Below are positions 21,182 through 32,513 of a stretch of DNA of 64,000 bases, one piece after another. Each line of letters starts with the position of its first letter. Within the stretch, counting starts at the first letter, position 1. The notes beneath the pieces were generated by a model. That model saw only the letters and a list, made by a program, of their open reading frames with translations, did no database searches and was not told where the DNA came from. A program made the position numbers and the translations under genes. This stretch comes from Rhynchopus sp. YZ270_cl-10 (lineage: Eukaryota). The stretch covers positions 1,488,001 to 1,552,000 of the forward strand of contig OZ037840.1 of assembly GCA_964035575.1 (NCBI GenBank), written 5' to 3'.

Positions 21182-23284
21182 TCAGTACCGCATGCTGCGG
21201 CGCTTCTCTTTCTCTTTCCTTGGCGAGGGGGAGGGCGTCGTCGCTAAGATCCGTCGTGTGTTCTTGGGGGTGGCACGGTCACGTTCGTCCCGCTCCGCTC
21301 TCTTCCCCCTGTTCAGCTGCTTGGGTGGCGTCAAGCCCATGCGGAGGCGGCGTTCTTCTGCGTGGAGGACGTCCCTCGCACGTTTCAGCTGGCGTTCCTC
21401 CTCCTGGCGCACCAGTGCTGCCGCTGTCGCGAGATCCATCTCCTCCTCTCGCTCTGTTTCCCGCTTTTTTTTTAAAAAAGCCTCGTAAGAGGCTTCGGCC
21501 TCTTGCAGCACTGCCTCCGTCGCCAGCCGTTTCGCTTCTGCTGAGGCGAATGCGTTCCTCCTCTTCTCCTCGGCCAACTCCTCCTGGCGTGTCTTCTTCA
21601 GGATTTCGTTATACTCCTGCCACTGTGCTTCTTCGCGTGCCTTCGCTTCTGCCCTCTCCGCCTCTGCAGTGTCGAATTCACGGCGGCGGTCCGTCTCTTC
21701 CTGCCGCCTCTGTGCCTGCAGCCGTTCTTCTGCTTCTTCTCTCTGTTCGCGTTGCTGTTGTTGTTGCCTCTGCTGTTGTTGCTGCCGCTGCTGCTGTTGC
21801 TGCCGCTGCTGCTGTTGTTGCCGCTGCTGCTGTTGTTGCTGCTGTTGCTTCCGCTCCTGCGTTTGCGTGGGTTCCTTCTTCGCCTTCGTCTCCTTCTTCG
21901 GCGGTGCCGTCACCTTCACCTCCTCATCGATTTGCATCTCGCCTTCTCCTTCTTCTTCTTCTTCTTCTTCTTCTTCCGGTTCGGTGCGTCGCTGTTGTAG
22001 CTTTAGGTCGCGCATCTCCGTCATCAGCTGGTCCAGCTGGCTCGCCATGCGTTGCAGCGTCTGCTGCATCTCGTCCTTCTCTGCCCGCAGTGCACCTTCT
22101 CTCTCCTTCGACTCCAGGAGTTCCCGACGCATCTTCTCCACCTCGGCGTCCTGTGCGGGGTCTGCCACGTAGGGCTTGGGCACGTAGTCCTGCTGTGCCG
22201 CCCTTCCTTCCTCTTTTCCTTTTCCTTTTTTATTTGCGGCGTCAAACAGCCACCCTTCTTTGGTACGGTCGTACCGACGGAAGGTCAGCACGTCCTCCCC
22301 CACCACTACCGGCTTCAGCGTCCCCGGCGGTGCGCCCCGGACGAGAAGCACCCTGTGCGTGCCGTGCTTGCCGGTCCTCACCAACTCCGGCTCCCACGCG
22401 TGCTGCTCGCTCAGGATTGCCCGCACTCCGTTCTTCGACAGCGAGAGAGGCAGCCCGTCCACCACCCACATCTCTGCCCAGAGGTTCGTCTTCCCCTGCT
22501 CGCCCAACACCTTGCTGGCCTGCTCCTGTGTGGTGCCTTCCGGAACCGCGACGCCGAGTCCGCCCCGCGACAGCAGCACCACTCGCCCGCTCAGCTCGGT
22601 GGCCTGGTTCCGCGCCGTCTCCAGGTTCACTGTGCTCGGTAGCGGCGTCACCCGGTCGCCACCCCGTCCCGACCCGTTGGTGAAGAACGGCCTGGCGAAG
22701 AAGCCGTCATCGCCGCTTCCTGCCAGCACGTCCTTCACCTGCGCGCCGTCTACTCCAATCTTAAAAGCCGCCGTCTTTGCGGCTGGCTTCCCCTTCTTCG
22801 CCTTCAGCTCCACGGCGGTCTGCACCTCGCCTCCGTGTGCCTTCACCCATGCACATGCTGCGGCACGGGTCACGCTGTTGCGGCTTTCCACCACAACGTA
22901 TTTGGTTTGGGGCAATGCCCCCTGGTGCTGCTTTGCACCCGCCGTCTTGTGCACCGCCTGTACGGTGCTGACTGAGCACAGGAACCGGCGCTCCGTCCTC
23001 ATCTCCTCCCCCCGCACCGTCACGAGGGAGATCAGTGGGGCCGCCAACCCCTGTGGTTTGTCGGCCGGGGCTACGAGTACCCCTGCCGTGTGCTGGTGCT
23101 GCGGCTTCTGCAGCGCTTCCTCCACTTCCTTACGGCTGCACCACAGGATGCCTCCGTTTTTCTTAAAATCAGCCAAGTTGGCTGCGAGTCGGCTGTCAGG
23201 AAAGTCCTCAGCCCGGGGTCTCCACATCGCCCCTGCCACCTCTTCGTCAGCCTTCTTCATCGTCTGCTGTCCAGAGGACCCCAT
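21182..23284 (-). CDS. LINE ORF1-like protein (coiled-coil, poly-Q and poly-E tracts)
   Basis: ~700-aa ORF directly upstream of ORF2 on the same strand; E/R/Q-rich heptad-like C-terminal half; ATG at 23284. Confidence 0.8.
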   Translation of the reverse strand: MGSSGQQTMKKADEEVAGAMWRPRAEDFPDSRLAANLADFKKNGGILWCSRKEVEEALQKPQHQHTAGVLVAPADKPQGLAAPLISLVTVRGEEMRTERRFLCSVSTVQAVHKTAGAKQHQGALPQTKYVVVESRNSVTRAAACAWVKAHGGEVQTAVELKAKKGKPAAKTAAFKIGVDGAQVKDVLAGSGDDGFFARPFFTNGSGRGGDRVTPLPSTVNLETARNQATELSGRVVLLSRGGLGVAVPEGTTQEQASKVLGEQGKTNLWAEMWVVDGLPLSLSKNGVRAILSEQHAWEPELVRTGKHGTHRVLLVRGAPPGTLKPVVVGEDVLTFRRYDRTKEGWLFDAANKKGKGKEEGRAAQQDYVPKPYVADPAQDAEVEKMRRELLESKEREGALRAEKDEMQQTLQRMASQLDQLMTEMRDLKLQQRRTEPEEEEEEEEEGEGEMQIDEEVKVTAPPKKETKAKKEPTQTQERKQQQQQQQQRQQQQQRQQQQQRQQQQQRQQQQQREQREEAEERLQAQRRQEETDRRREFDTAEAERAEAKAREEAQWQEYNEILKKTRQEELAEEKRRNAFASAEAKRLATEAVLQEAEASYEAFLKKKRETEREEEMDLATAAALVRQEEERQLKRARDVLHAEERRLRMGLTPPKQLNRGKRAERDERDRATPKNTRRILATTPSPSPRKEKEKRRSMRY

Positions 23285-23923
23285 CGTGGAGGGGGGTGGC
23301 TTTTTTGGGGGGAGGGGGGGAGCAGTTGGGATGTGCTCAGGGTTAATTCTTGATTCACTGTGTCCTCCTGGGGGGGTTATTTTAAAAGCGTTACAACTAA
23401 CAAACTCTCCCCCTGTTGTTTCGTTTCCAGTTTTTTTTTTTTGTGTGTGAAGATAGCTAATTGACACCCGTAATATTTAAATTTTCAACCTGGGGCCCCC
23501 TTTATTAATCCTTTTTTGGGGATGTCCAATGAAAATCACGTCGGTAGAAAAGTTCGATGGTTTTATTATTTTTGTTGCGTGAAGAGGCTATTATCACCTC
23601 TTTGCGCCTTTATCATTTTTCATTTTCCCACATCCCCCACAACACAAACCAAATCAAGATAAAACAAAAGGACGAGGAGACAAACATACTTCGTAGCCCC
23701 CGCCTGAGCTGTACGACCGGAGTCCCGCCCTGAGTTGAGACGGACCATGGCGGACTTTGAAATTCCGCCTCAAGTCCGCCCGAGTTTTTGGCTGACTTAG
23801 AGACGGACTCAGGAGTCCGCCTGACTCGGGCGGATTTGAGGCGGACTCAGTCAAAAATTCCGTCTCAACTCGGGCAGGTCTTGGTGATATTTTTTTCTTG
23901 GCAGACTCAGGCGTACTACAAAT

Positions 23924-25812
23924 GGGTCAGTCCATAAACCCCCCCACCTGAAAGGTAACCTCAGCAACTATTTGGCTATGATCAAATATGTACTAGGACG
24001 TTCTGTTCGATTTTTGTTTTAATGGATTCAGAGTAAAGTTTCTGAACTCATTAAAACAAAAATCGAGTAAAAAGACCGAGTACAAATTTGATGGATCCCC
24101 CCAGAGAGGTAAATAAGTTACCGGTAACCCGAATTACCGGTAATTCCTTAAGGATTCCTTAAGAAACACGGAAAAATGCAAAAAAACATCGAAAGAGGGG
24201 GCACTTTAATTTATCATTTGTAAACCCTTCCCACTTTACGCGTTGCTCATTTTTGTCTTTTTTATTCTCTAAAAAATCGGTTCATCCAATCGTGCCGGTT
24301 GCCGAGAGGCAGACCAGGGTCCTCCTCTTCCGCAATATCAGGTGCCCTTTTTCCCGACATCAGCCCATACAATTATGAACACGAAAAGGGCGCCTGATAT
24401 TGCGGAAGAGCTGGTCTGCCTCTCGGCAACCGGCACGATTGGATGAACCGATTTTTTAGAGAATAAAAAAGACAAAAATGAGCAACGCGTAAAGTGGGAA
24501 GGGTTTACAAATGATAAATTAAAGTGCCCCCTCTTTCGATGTTTTTTTTTGCATTTTTCCGTGTTTCTTAACGAATCCTTAAGGAATTACCGGTAATTCG
24601 GGTTACCGGTAACTTATTTACCTCTCTGGGGGAATCCATCAAATTTGTACTCGGTCTTTTTACTCGATTTTTGTTTTAACCCTTTATGGACCACGGCCGT
24701 ATTTTGCGTTTTGCTATGATTGTCTCTCACATAGGTAAAATGAGATCCGATGCATATTTTTGATCGTACCTGGCCGCAATTGAAAGATTTTGAGCAGATC
24801 TTTCAAAGGGAGCAGAAATCGAAATAAAATGAGAAAAATGGAAAATGGAAAATTGAGGAGAGCTGATATTTTTTCCTGAAAATTTTGAAGAAAAAAATTA
24901 TTCCGGCTGCGCACCTGTTTTTTCGGTATTCGAAAATGGCTTTATTTGAAAGATCGGTTCAAAATCTTTCAAAAGAAAGAAAAATCGATCAAAAAGTCCT
25001 AGTAGATAATGTCTCACTGCATGGAGAGAAGGTACCAACCAGCTAAATATACCGTAATTGTACAGAGGTTGGACAGTACAAAAGTTGGGGCTTTTGGGGC
25101 TTTTGGCCAACTTGGCCTGGTGTTGAACGCCGCATCCCCCGCACATGTAATCTGCTTTTAGCCGCCTGTTTCCCAAGCAAGAAGAAGTTGTCGACCAACA
25201 CCCTCCTGCCAGTGTCTCTGTACCTTGACTGTGTTGATACAGCTTCTTTTGTACAATGTCCCCCAAAAGACAAAGGGCAATAAATACACGGAGAAGAGGC
25301 ACAGCCAGTTCAGGGTCAGGAACTGCTACGACGAGTGTTACTTTGCCCGGTCGCAGATATTTTCCATTATTTTAGTTTTGTTCTGAAAACCGTACAAAAT
25401 GGTTCCCTTCACACCAAAGTTTGAATCCTCTGATGACTCAAGCTCGCCAGAGTAGTTCATTATTCCCAAAATATACCCGAAAAAGTCGAAAATTTGGAAA
25501 TGCCTCGATTTGGTGACAGTGTATGAGAGTGTCAAAATAAATTGAATATTGCTTCTTTGGAAAGATTTCACATCAAATCTTTCCACTAAAAAAAAAATTG
25601 CTGAAAAAGTACGAGTAGAAGCCATGTTAAGCATTTTCGTGGATATATAATATATATTATATACTATTGGTCCATAAAGAGTTAATGAATTCAGAAACTT
25701 TACTCTGAATACATTAAAACAAAAATCGAACAGAACGTCCTAGTGCATATTTGATCATAGCCAAATAGTTGCTGAGGTTACCTTTCAGGTGGGGGGGTTT
25801 ATGGACTGAGCC
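23924..25812. mobile_element. Foldback element: ~430-bp near-perfect inverted arms around a ~30-bp spacer, 4-bp AAAT flanking duplication, right arm interrupted by a piggyBac insertion
   Basis: 23924-~24350 is the reverse complement of ~24383-24679 joined to 25682-25812. AAAT at 23920-23 and 25813-16. Confidence 0.9.
24680..25681 (-). mobile_element. Internally deleted piggyBac-like transposon
   Basis: TTAA|CCCTTTATGGACCA ... TGGTCCATAAAGAG|TTAA. The mirror arm of the host foldback has a single TTAA. The - strand remnant RRLKADYMCGGCGV resembles the piggyBac C-terminal Cys-rich domain. Confidence 0.85.
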
Positions 25813-27093
25813 AAATGTATGATATGTTCGACAAAAGATTCAATCTTGTAGTTAAAATACTATCTTTATTTCACTTTTCAATTTGCGTTTATTTTATTTC
25901 TCCACTTCTAAGTACCCCCCCTGATTTGGTATTTTGGCTCAACGCCTTTTCCAACACCGCCCAAACACCGCCAAAACTCGGGTCAAAACCGGGTGGAAGA
26001 GGGTGAGATGCACAGTGAGAGGCTTCGATTCATTTTACTAAAACTTTTTTCTCTTTTTTTTTTTCTCTGTTTTTTTCAGTGCTGACGCTAAGGCCGGCTG
26101 GCCGGTCATATAATTTTTTTTTTTTTGACTTTTTTTTTTTCGGCCGAGCCCGGGCGCGCTTCGCGCGCCCGGGTCCCCAACCCAGCTCAAGTTGGGGGCC
26201 TCCGGCGGAATGTGCGAATTCCTCTGCAGAGTTCGGCACTTCACTGATATTTGCACCAGGCACGCGTGGGATCAGTTTACAATAAGAAACGGCGGTCATG
26301 GCACCCAAAGGTTCGTGGCGAAGCCACGGTACGCAACATTTCAAAAAATTGCGCTTAAAATTGCACATTTTTACTGATATACTATGTCAAAGGGAAGGGT
26401 GCGTTGGCAAGCTTGCGCCGCAGGCGCACGGTACGCTACTTTTATTATTTCGCCACGCTGCCTGCTTCCTTTTCCTTCGGCATTTGACCAATTGAGTCGC
26501 GTTCTGGCTGTGACGGGGTCACTTTGTTCATGAGGCCATTTCTGGTCACTCTCAGAGGCTCGTGTGAGGTGCCAACTGGGGGGGACTTCCGACCATCCCC
26601 TACCCCACCCTGCCCACCCACCCAACACCGGTCATATATGACCGGTCATATATGACCGGCATATTTTCAGACTTTTTTTTTTCTTTTTTTTTTTGGTCAT
26701 ATATGACCGGCTTTTTCCTTAGCGTCAGCACTGGTTTTTTTAGAACATCCTTTGTACTTCCTCTTTGAATAGAACGAACAAAAAAACTAATCTTTTTCAC
26801 CCTTCTGCTCCCAAACAATGTCCCAAGAAGAGTGCTGCATTTTCTTATTAGAAAACGCATCTTCGTCTGGCTACTCTCTTTGCTTTTCTCCCCCCCGTCT
26901 CCCAAATCCAATACTAAACACAATGATGATGAAAATGAAGGCGATCTGAATGGCTGCGATATTAAATCAATGGATTATCGTTTTAAATACTATTTTAATA
27001 GCCGTAAAATTATTTCCTCAAGCCAAAATCCTTCTAGGAGCGGAGTTTTAAGAATGCCATAATTGACGTCTGGAAATAATTGCAGTGGAGGTA

Positions 27094-27188
27094 TTTTAGC
27101 CGGGTTTCCCACACAAAAAATAATTACCGTGTAATTATAGGAAATAATTACACGGTAATTATTTTTTGTGTGGGAAACCCGGCTAAAA
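27094..27188. repeat. Perfect 45-bp-arm palindrome with a 5-nt loop (MITE-like)
   Basis: TTTTAGCCGGGTTTCCCACACAAAAAATAATTACCGTGTAATTAT-aggaa-exact reverse complement. Confidence 0.9.
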
Positions 27189-27672
27189 AAAAAATCGCGA
27201 TTTTTTTTCTTTTTTTCTTTTGTGAACACCCCGGGTTTGATACCTGTACCGCAGGCATTCCTCTGAGTCTAACGATTGATAATCAGAGCTCGGTTTGTTG
27301 TCAAAGACATCTTCCACCATGCATTGAGGAGGGTAAGACAGTGGTCGCAGTTTGTACTTGATAGCATTACAACATTTAACTTCTCCACGGGGGTCTTGGG
27401 CCGTTCACTCGGTTATACCTTGACCAGCGGAAGAGGCCTTTTTGGTCTCTAGAATATCCGGTATTCCCGAACGGAGGCACACTTTGTGTGTTACTACGAC
27501 CTGGCAACTTCCAGCAGTAGGTTAAGTAATGCTTTCTTGTAAATTGTTGGATCATTTATCTCCTCAGTGCATGAATGCCCCACGTGACTGGACACTTTTG
27601 TGTTTGTCAAGTGGACTGTCTGGTCACTTCTCAGTGACTGGCGGGTTGGCTGTGGTTGCCCTGTCACGACTT

Positions 27673-27893
27673 ACCTGTGTACCTGTGTACCTGTGTACCT
27701 GTGTACCTGTGTACCTGTGTACCTGTGTACCTGTGTACCTGTGTACCTGTGTACCTGTGTACCTGTGTACCTGTGTACCTGTGTACCTGTGTACCTGTGT
27801 ACCTGTGTACCTGTGTACCTGTGTACCTGTGTACCTGTGTACCTGTGTACCTGTGTACCTGTGTACCTGTGTACCTGTGTACCTGTGTACCTG
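27673..27893. repeat. (ACCTGTGT)n octamer minisatellite, ~27 units
   Basis: Read directly; produces spurious VPVYLCTC ORFs. Confidence 0.95.
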
Positions 27894-30607
27894 GGTGACT
27901 GGGTACGTACCTGGGTAAATGTGACCAGGTGACCTGGTCAGACCTCTGACCAGCGCACCGTGACAGCACAGGCTGCCGAAAACGGATTTTGGCTTTCGGA
28001 AATAATTTTACGGCAATTAAATATCAAATTCCATGCAATTATTTCACAGAAAATTGCACTCGGAGGTGTATTTTTCACTCGTTTTGTTAATTGCACTCGC
28101 TGCGCTCGTGCAATTAACCACTCGTGAAAAAAACACCTCCTCGTAGCAATTATGGTGAAATAATTGCATAGTAATTAAATACTATTGTGTGTCCTTGTGT
28201 ACTTTTCTCGAATGGAAAGTATATGAGTGAATGTTATCAGCCTCCAGTAAAAAAAAAAAACACAGTGGAGATTTGCACAACTGTTGGCAACACAACCGAG
28301 GCAACTACACTACTCCAAACAATTTTATCAAAGCAAAAATCATAACAACAAAAATTTCATGAAAAACGTTCGCGTCATATCACTTCAAAAGAAAAGAGTT
28401 GGGTGAAGCGAACCGGGAGTCCCTGTAAGCTCACAACTCTACACCGGCAGACGGGCCGCCGGCTGACGAGCGGTTTGTGACACCGCCCTCTTTTACGGGA
28501 AAGTCATTAGGTTTCCTTTTTACATCTTCTGTTGTAGGCCGCAGGGTACTTGTGCTTTCATCTGGATGGCTGACATCGTATGTGGGTCGGTCGGAGGTGC
28601 CTGCATCAACAACTATAGTTTTGATATCACACCGGATGTATGATAAATGTTTGGTGGAAGCGTACAACCAGCTACCTCTCTCCCGATGTGCGCCCTTCCT
28701 CTCCCAACCCCACGTCTACAAAACTATCAAGCACAATTAAACAGAGCACAAAGCACCTTCAAAACATACAACAAACATTTTCAAACTCCCCCCCTATGTG
28801 GTTTCCCCTTTTTCCTGTGTGGGTGAAGATAGCTATTGATACTGCAGTATTTACACAACCCAAATGATTGCCTCTGCGATTCCCATCCCCGTGTATGTTT
28901 CTGGCCAAGGTACGTAACTAAAAAAGGTGATCATAAAAAATTAAAAAAGTGGAGGTTGTGTCACAACTGTGTCAAAACACAACCGAGGCAACTCCAAACA
29001 ATTTTATCAAAAAAGAAAAATGAAATACCCCCCCCCTTCTTTATTCTTTGTTTGTTGATCGCATCCGTCCCTTTGATAAAAAAACAGTTTTTGTAAAATC
29101 TGCTTTCAAGGGTTCAGGATGAATTGACGTCTATACCTTCCGTAGTACAAAGTCCTCAGCGAACATTGAGTACAGTACTGCCTATTAGCCTCAAGTGGGT
29201 TCTGTCGGTTATGAGGCGATTGTCGACACAACAAAAAAATAAAAGAAAGTGGTCTTTTTGGAACGTTCTTAACCCCAGACATCCAGGGGATGGGTTGATG
29301 TGCTTTGGTGGTGTGTTTTATTCTTTTTTTTTTTGTTTTGTGCTCGAGGGTGTGTCTGGAGGCTAAAATGTTGCGTCACAGATTTTTTTTTTTTTTTTGG
29401 CATTCCTTTTTAGACAAAAAAAATTCCCCCCGCACAATATTTTTTTGGCCAGAATTCTGACACCACATTTTTGTACCCGAAGGGGAAAAAAAAAAATTGA
29501 AGAACAGAAAGAAAGGAATAAGAAAATTGTGATTTGAATATTAACAATTTCTCTTTTTCTGAGAACATTTGAGAGTGATACAGTCATGCTGGTTTTAAAA
29601 CAAAAAATACATAAATATAGGGAGAGCGAAGACCTGTCTTGTGGCAGCTACACAAAACCAAAAAATTTAAAAAACAAAATGGTTTAGCAGCCTTCAGGTT
29701 GTTCGTTCGACAGAACAGGAAAAATGAACTAGTGAAATCTGTGAAGAAATAAAACTCTTACGGGTTTGCAAACAGAGCACAGGGCTTCGGCCAACATTGA
29801 GTACAAATCTTTTTACCAAGTAGGTGTAAAGCGAATGTCAATATCCTTTTAAAAAAAGAAAGGTTACGTTGGTGTACAGAAACCCACCTTTTTTTAGCGG
29901 GTAATTTTTTTTTTGTCAGCACAGCAAACCAAAAGAAAAAAAGGGCTTTGGGGGCAAGATCACATCCTCCCCTCCTTTGCATCTACGTGTTTGCTGAGTT
30001 TTCAGGAGGTTAAAACATCTGGAGTGTACGTACATCAGGTCCTTCTTGGTACGTTTTCCTAATTAGACTATGTGGGTGAAGATAGCTATTGACACACTGT
30101 AGTATGTTTTCGTGACAGTACCACCAAGGTACTGTCACGAGAGGGCTTTGTAGTTCAAGCCAACTTTTTTTTTTTTGTGTTTTCAAGGGGCTGGCATCGT
30201 ACAGTGGGCCGGCCAGTCCGAGATGTGATCACAAGTAACTTTTACTTGTGTCACAAGCAAACCATATTCACAAGTAAAATTACAGGAAAACCACAAGTAT
30301 TCACAAGTAAAGTCATTTCCTTCAACGTTGTGTAGACTCTTCTTAAACCTTTTTTTTTTAGAATGCCTATGATGTGGGTTGCGTACCGACTAAACAAAAG
30401 ACGAACAGGGTTTTTATTATTTTTCGATTTAACACCCCAATTAAGCTGCTCTTTTTGAATAAATATTACAAGGTTGTCCACCCAGCGTATGTCGACAGCA
30501 ATATGGGGCAGTACGAGAGGACCTCCCATTTCAAGTCCATCGCGGCAAATACGGAAATACCCCACAGTATTTATTTACTAGATCGTTTTAAAAGATTGTT
30601 TCGTATA

Positions 30608-31550
30608 GGGGTGGCATCAAAACAAAAAACGCGGACAATGTCCGCGTTTTTGGGGGGGGGAGGGGGGGGGGTCTGAAATTCCAGAAAACGCGGACATTTT
30701 GGGGGGTTTTTTTTCCTCGAAATTTTTTTTCTTTACCGGGGTTGTACACGATTTTGACCAAAATTTATAAAAACTCGTCCATTTCGGCAAATTGACCCCA
30801 CCACAGAACCGGCGGATTCAGGAAATGCAAATGCCGGTGTTTTCGACAAAATAAAAAATACAAGATGCCCGCGTTTTTTTGCAAAATGTACACGCATGGA
30901 GGGCCCTAAAACCCGAAGGCAAATACTTGGACCCCTTTACCTTACACTGACGGGTTTTGACCAAAATCAAGAACTTGTCCATTTTGGCAAATTGACCCCA
31001 CCACAGAACGGACGGATTCCAGAAATGCAAATGCCGGTGTTTTTGCGCATTTTCATGGTTTCAGCATCAGAGAGAGAAAATATGGGTTGTGGGATTTACC
31101 TTGGCCCCTTTACCTTACACTCATTTTGACCAAAACCAAGAACTTGGCCATTTCGGCAAATTGACCCCACCACAGCGCGGACAGATCCCGGAAATGCCAA
31201 TCGCGGCATGCTTTGGGGCTGAAAAATTTTCACCTGAAAAATTTTTTCAGCAGCATTTTTTGGCCGAAAATGGGCCCCACGTATTAGAGACCGGGCTCAT
31301 ATTTTCAAAAATTTAAGTGGTCAAAAAATTGTCCAATTTTCGAGATTGACCCCACCACTTTCTGGACGGATTCCGGAAATGCCAAAAAACTGTGTTTTGG
31401 GTCACGAATTTGCACCCCGTCACCCAAAAACCAGCAAAAAATAGGGGAAAAAAAGACAAAAAATGTCCGCGTTTTGGGGGGGGGAGGGGGGGGTCTGAAA
31501 TTCTTCAAAAACGCGGACATTGTCCGCGTTTTTTGTTTTGATGCCACCCC
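30608..31550. mobile_element. Non-autonomous DNA transposon, ~44-bp TIR, 3-bp TSD (ATA), internal ~120-bp imperfect tandem repeats
   Basis: ATA|GGGGTGGCATCAAAACAAAAAACGCGGACAATGTCCGCGTTTTT ... reverse complement|ATA. The superfamily (Harbinger/Zator-like) is only a guess. Confidence 0.85.
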
Positions 31551-31706
31551 ATAGCAACTTCTTTTTTCTGAGTTCATATTTTTTTTTGTGGAAAAAAAAG
31601 GTTTTGTACATACTGTAAAATCGTTTAATTTGTATAATGATCATTTATACATTTTACAGTACATTTATTGCGCCCTATTATACTTTCTATTCAGTAGAAT
31701 AGAAAG

Positions 31707-31794
31707 TACCGTATTCGTACTAATGTTCGACCTTTTCAGGATTTTTCTGGAAGTTCGACCTTTTTTACGGTCGATCGTTTGTACGAATACGGTA
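31707..31794. mobile_element. ~85-bp Tc1/mariner(pogo)-like MITE; second copy at 62651-62739
   Basis: TA-CCGTATTCGTAC ... GTACGAATACGG-TA. The internal TTCGACCTTTTCAGGATTTTTCTGGAAGTTCGACC recurs reversed at 62.67 kb. Confidence 0.75.
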
Positions 31795-32513
31795 TATGAA
31801 TAGCTATTTTTTTACCGACCAGAAAAGTCGTTTTCTTAATGAGTGTTTTCTGAGTGCACACTCTGAAATCACGAATCAAGAGAAAACGACTTTTTTGGGA
31901 GGTTTTTTTTTGTGCTATTTTTCTCTTCTTTTTCGTTGACTTCGCTTCTTTTGGGTTACTCATAATTGGGGTGCATCTATGATCGTCTTCGTGAGACACA
32001 CAACAGGCTGTGAGAGAGCTAGCGAACAAAAAAACCTGTTAGTGGAGCACACTCTAGGGTGGCTACACTAATACAACCAAGTTTTCAAAAAAAAAAAAAT
32101 CTCTCCCGTTCATAGATCACCCAATATTGGCTGTGAGAAGCAAAAAGGTATATTGCGTGAGAATGTTGGGAATTTATGCAAAAGGAGCTGTTATGTGGCG
32201 GATGCTTCCAATGAAGCTTCTGGAATGAAAGGAGAGCTTTTTTGCACGGCAGTGGGTAAAGCCACCTTTTGGTTCCAAATAGTGTATAAAAAAAACGAGC
32301 CCTTCTTCTCGCCAAACAAATCCTCAAAGGGCTTCGCAAAACGAACCGTCAAAAAAAAAAAAACGATGTGCGTTTATATCTTTTACAATATCCTTCGGGC
32401 GACATTGAGTACAGATCCTGCACATAGCAGGTGTTTGTCGATACAACATAAAACAAACCTTTTCTTTTTTTTTAAAAAAATACAAAAGAAAAAGACAAAA
32501 ACCACCCATACAA

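Larger units (their letters stand above)
16806..23342 (-). mobile_element. Apparently full-length non-LTR retrotransposon (Ingi/I-group-like LINE: ORF1 plus APE-RT-RNase H ORF2) with A-rich tail
   Basis: Two long - strand ORFs. A ~90-nt T-rich tract at 16806-16896 reads as the poly(A) tail. The 5' end is tentatively placed at CCCTGAGC (23342); no TSD identified. Confidence 0.9.
26983..28186. mobile_element. Putative non-autonomous Crypton-like element
   Basis: 12-bp terminal direct repeat TTAAATACTATT (26983, 28175). ~40-bp subterminal inverted repeat (~26993-27031 / ~27982-28022). 137-bp terminal palindrome 28033-28169 centred on CACTCGCTGCGCTCGTG. Confidence 0.5.

Noticed and set aside
21028..23450. 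Long + strand ORFs of 551 and 396 aa
   Set aside because: Antisense shadows of GC-rich LINE ORF1; low complexity, no motifs.
16790..23540. Target-site duplication for the LINE
   Set aside because: Only weak matches such as GAAAATCA, at inconsistent positions.
28440..28520. CCGGC..GCCGG-CTGACGA-GCGGT..ACCGC..GAAA as a second hammerhead
   Set aside because: Helix I and II candidates exist, but there is no UH triplet adjacent to helix I, helix III does not form, and GAAA is displaced.
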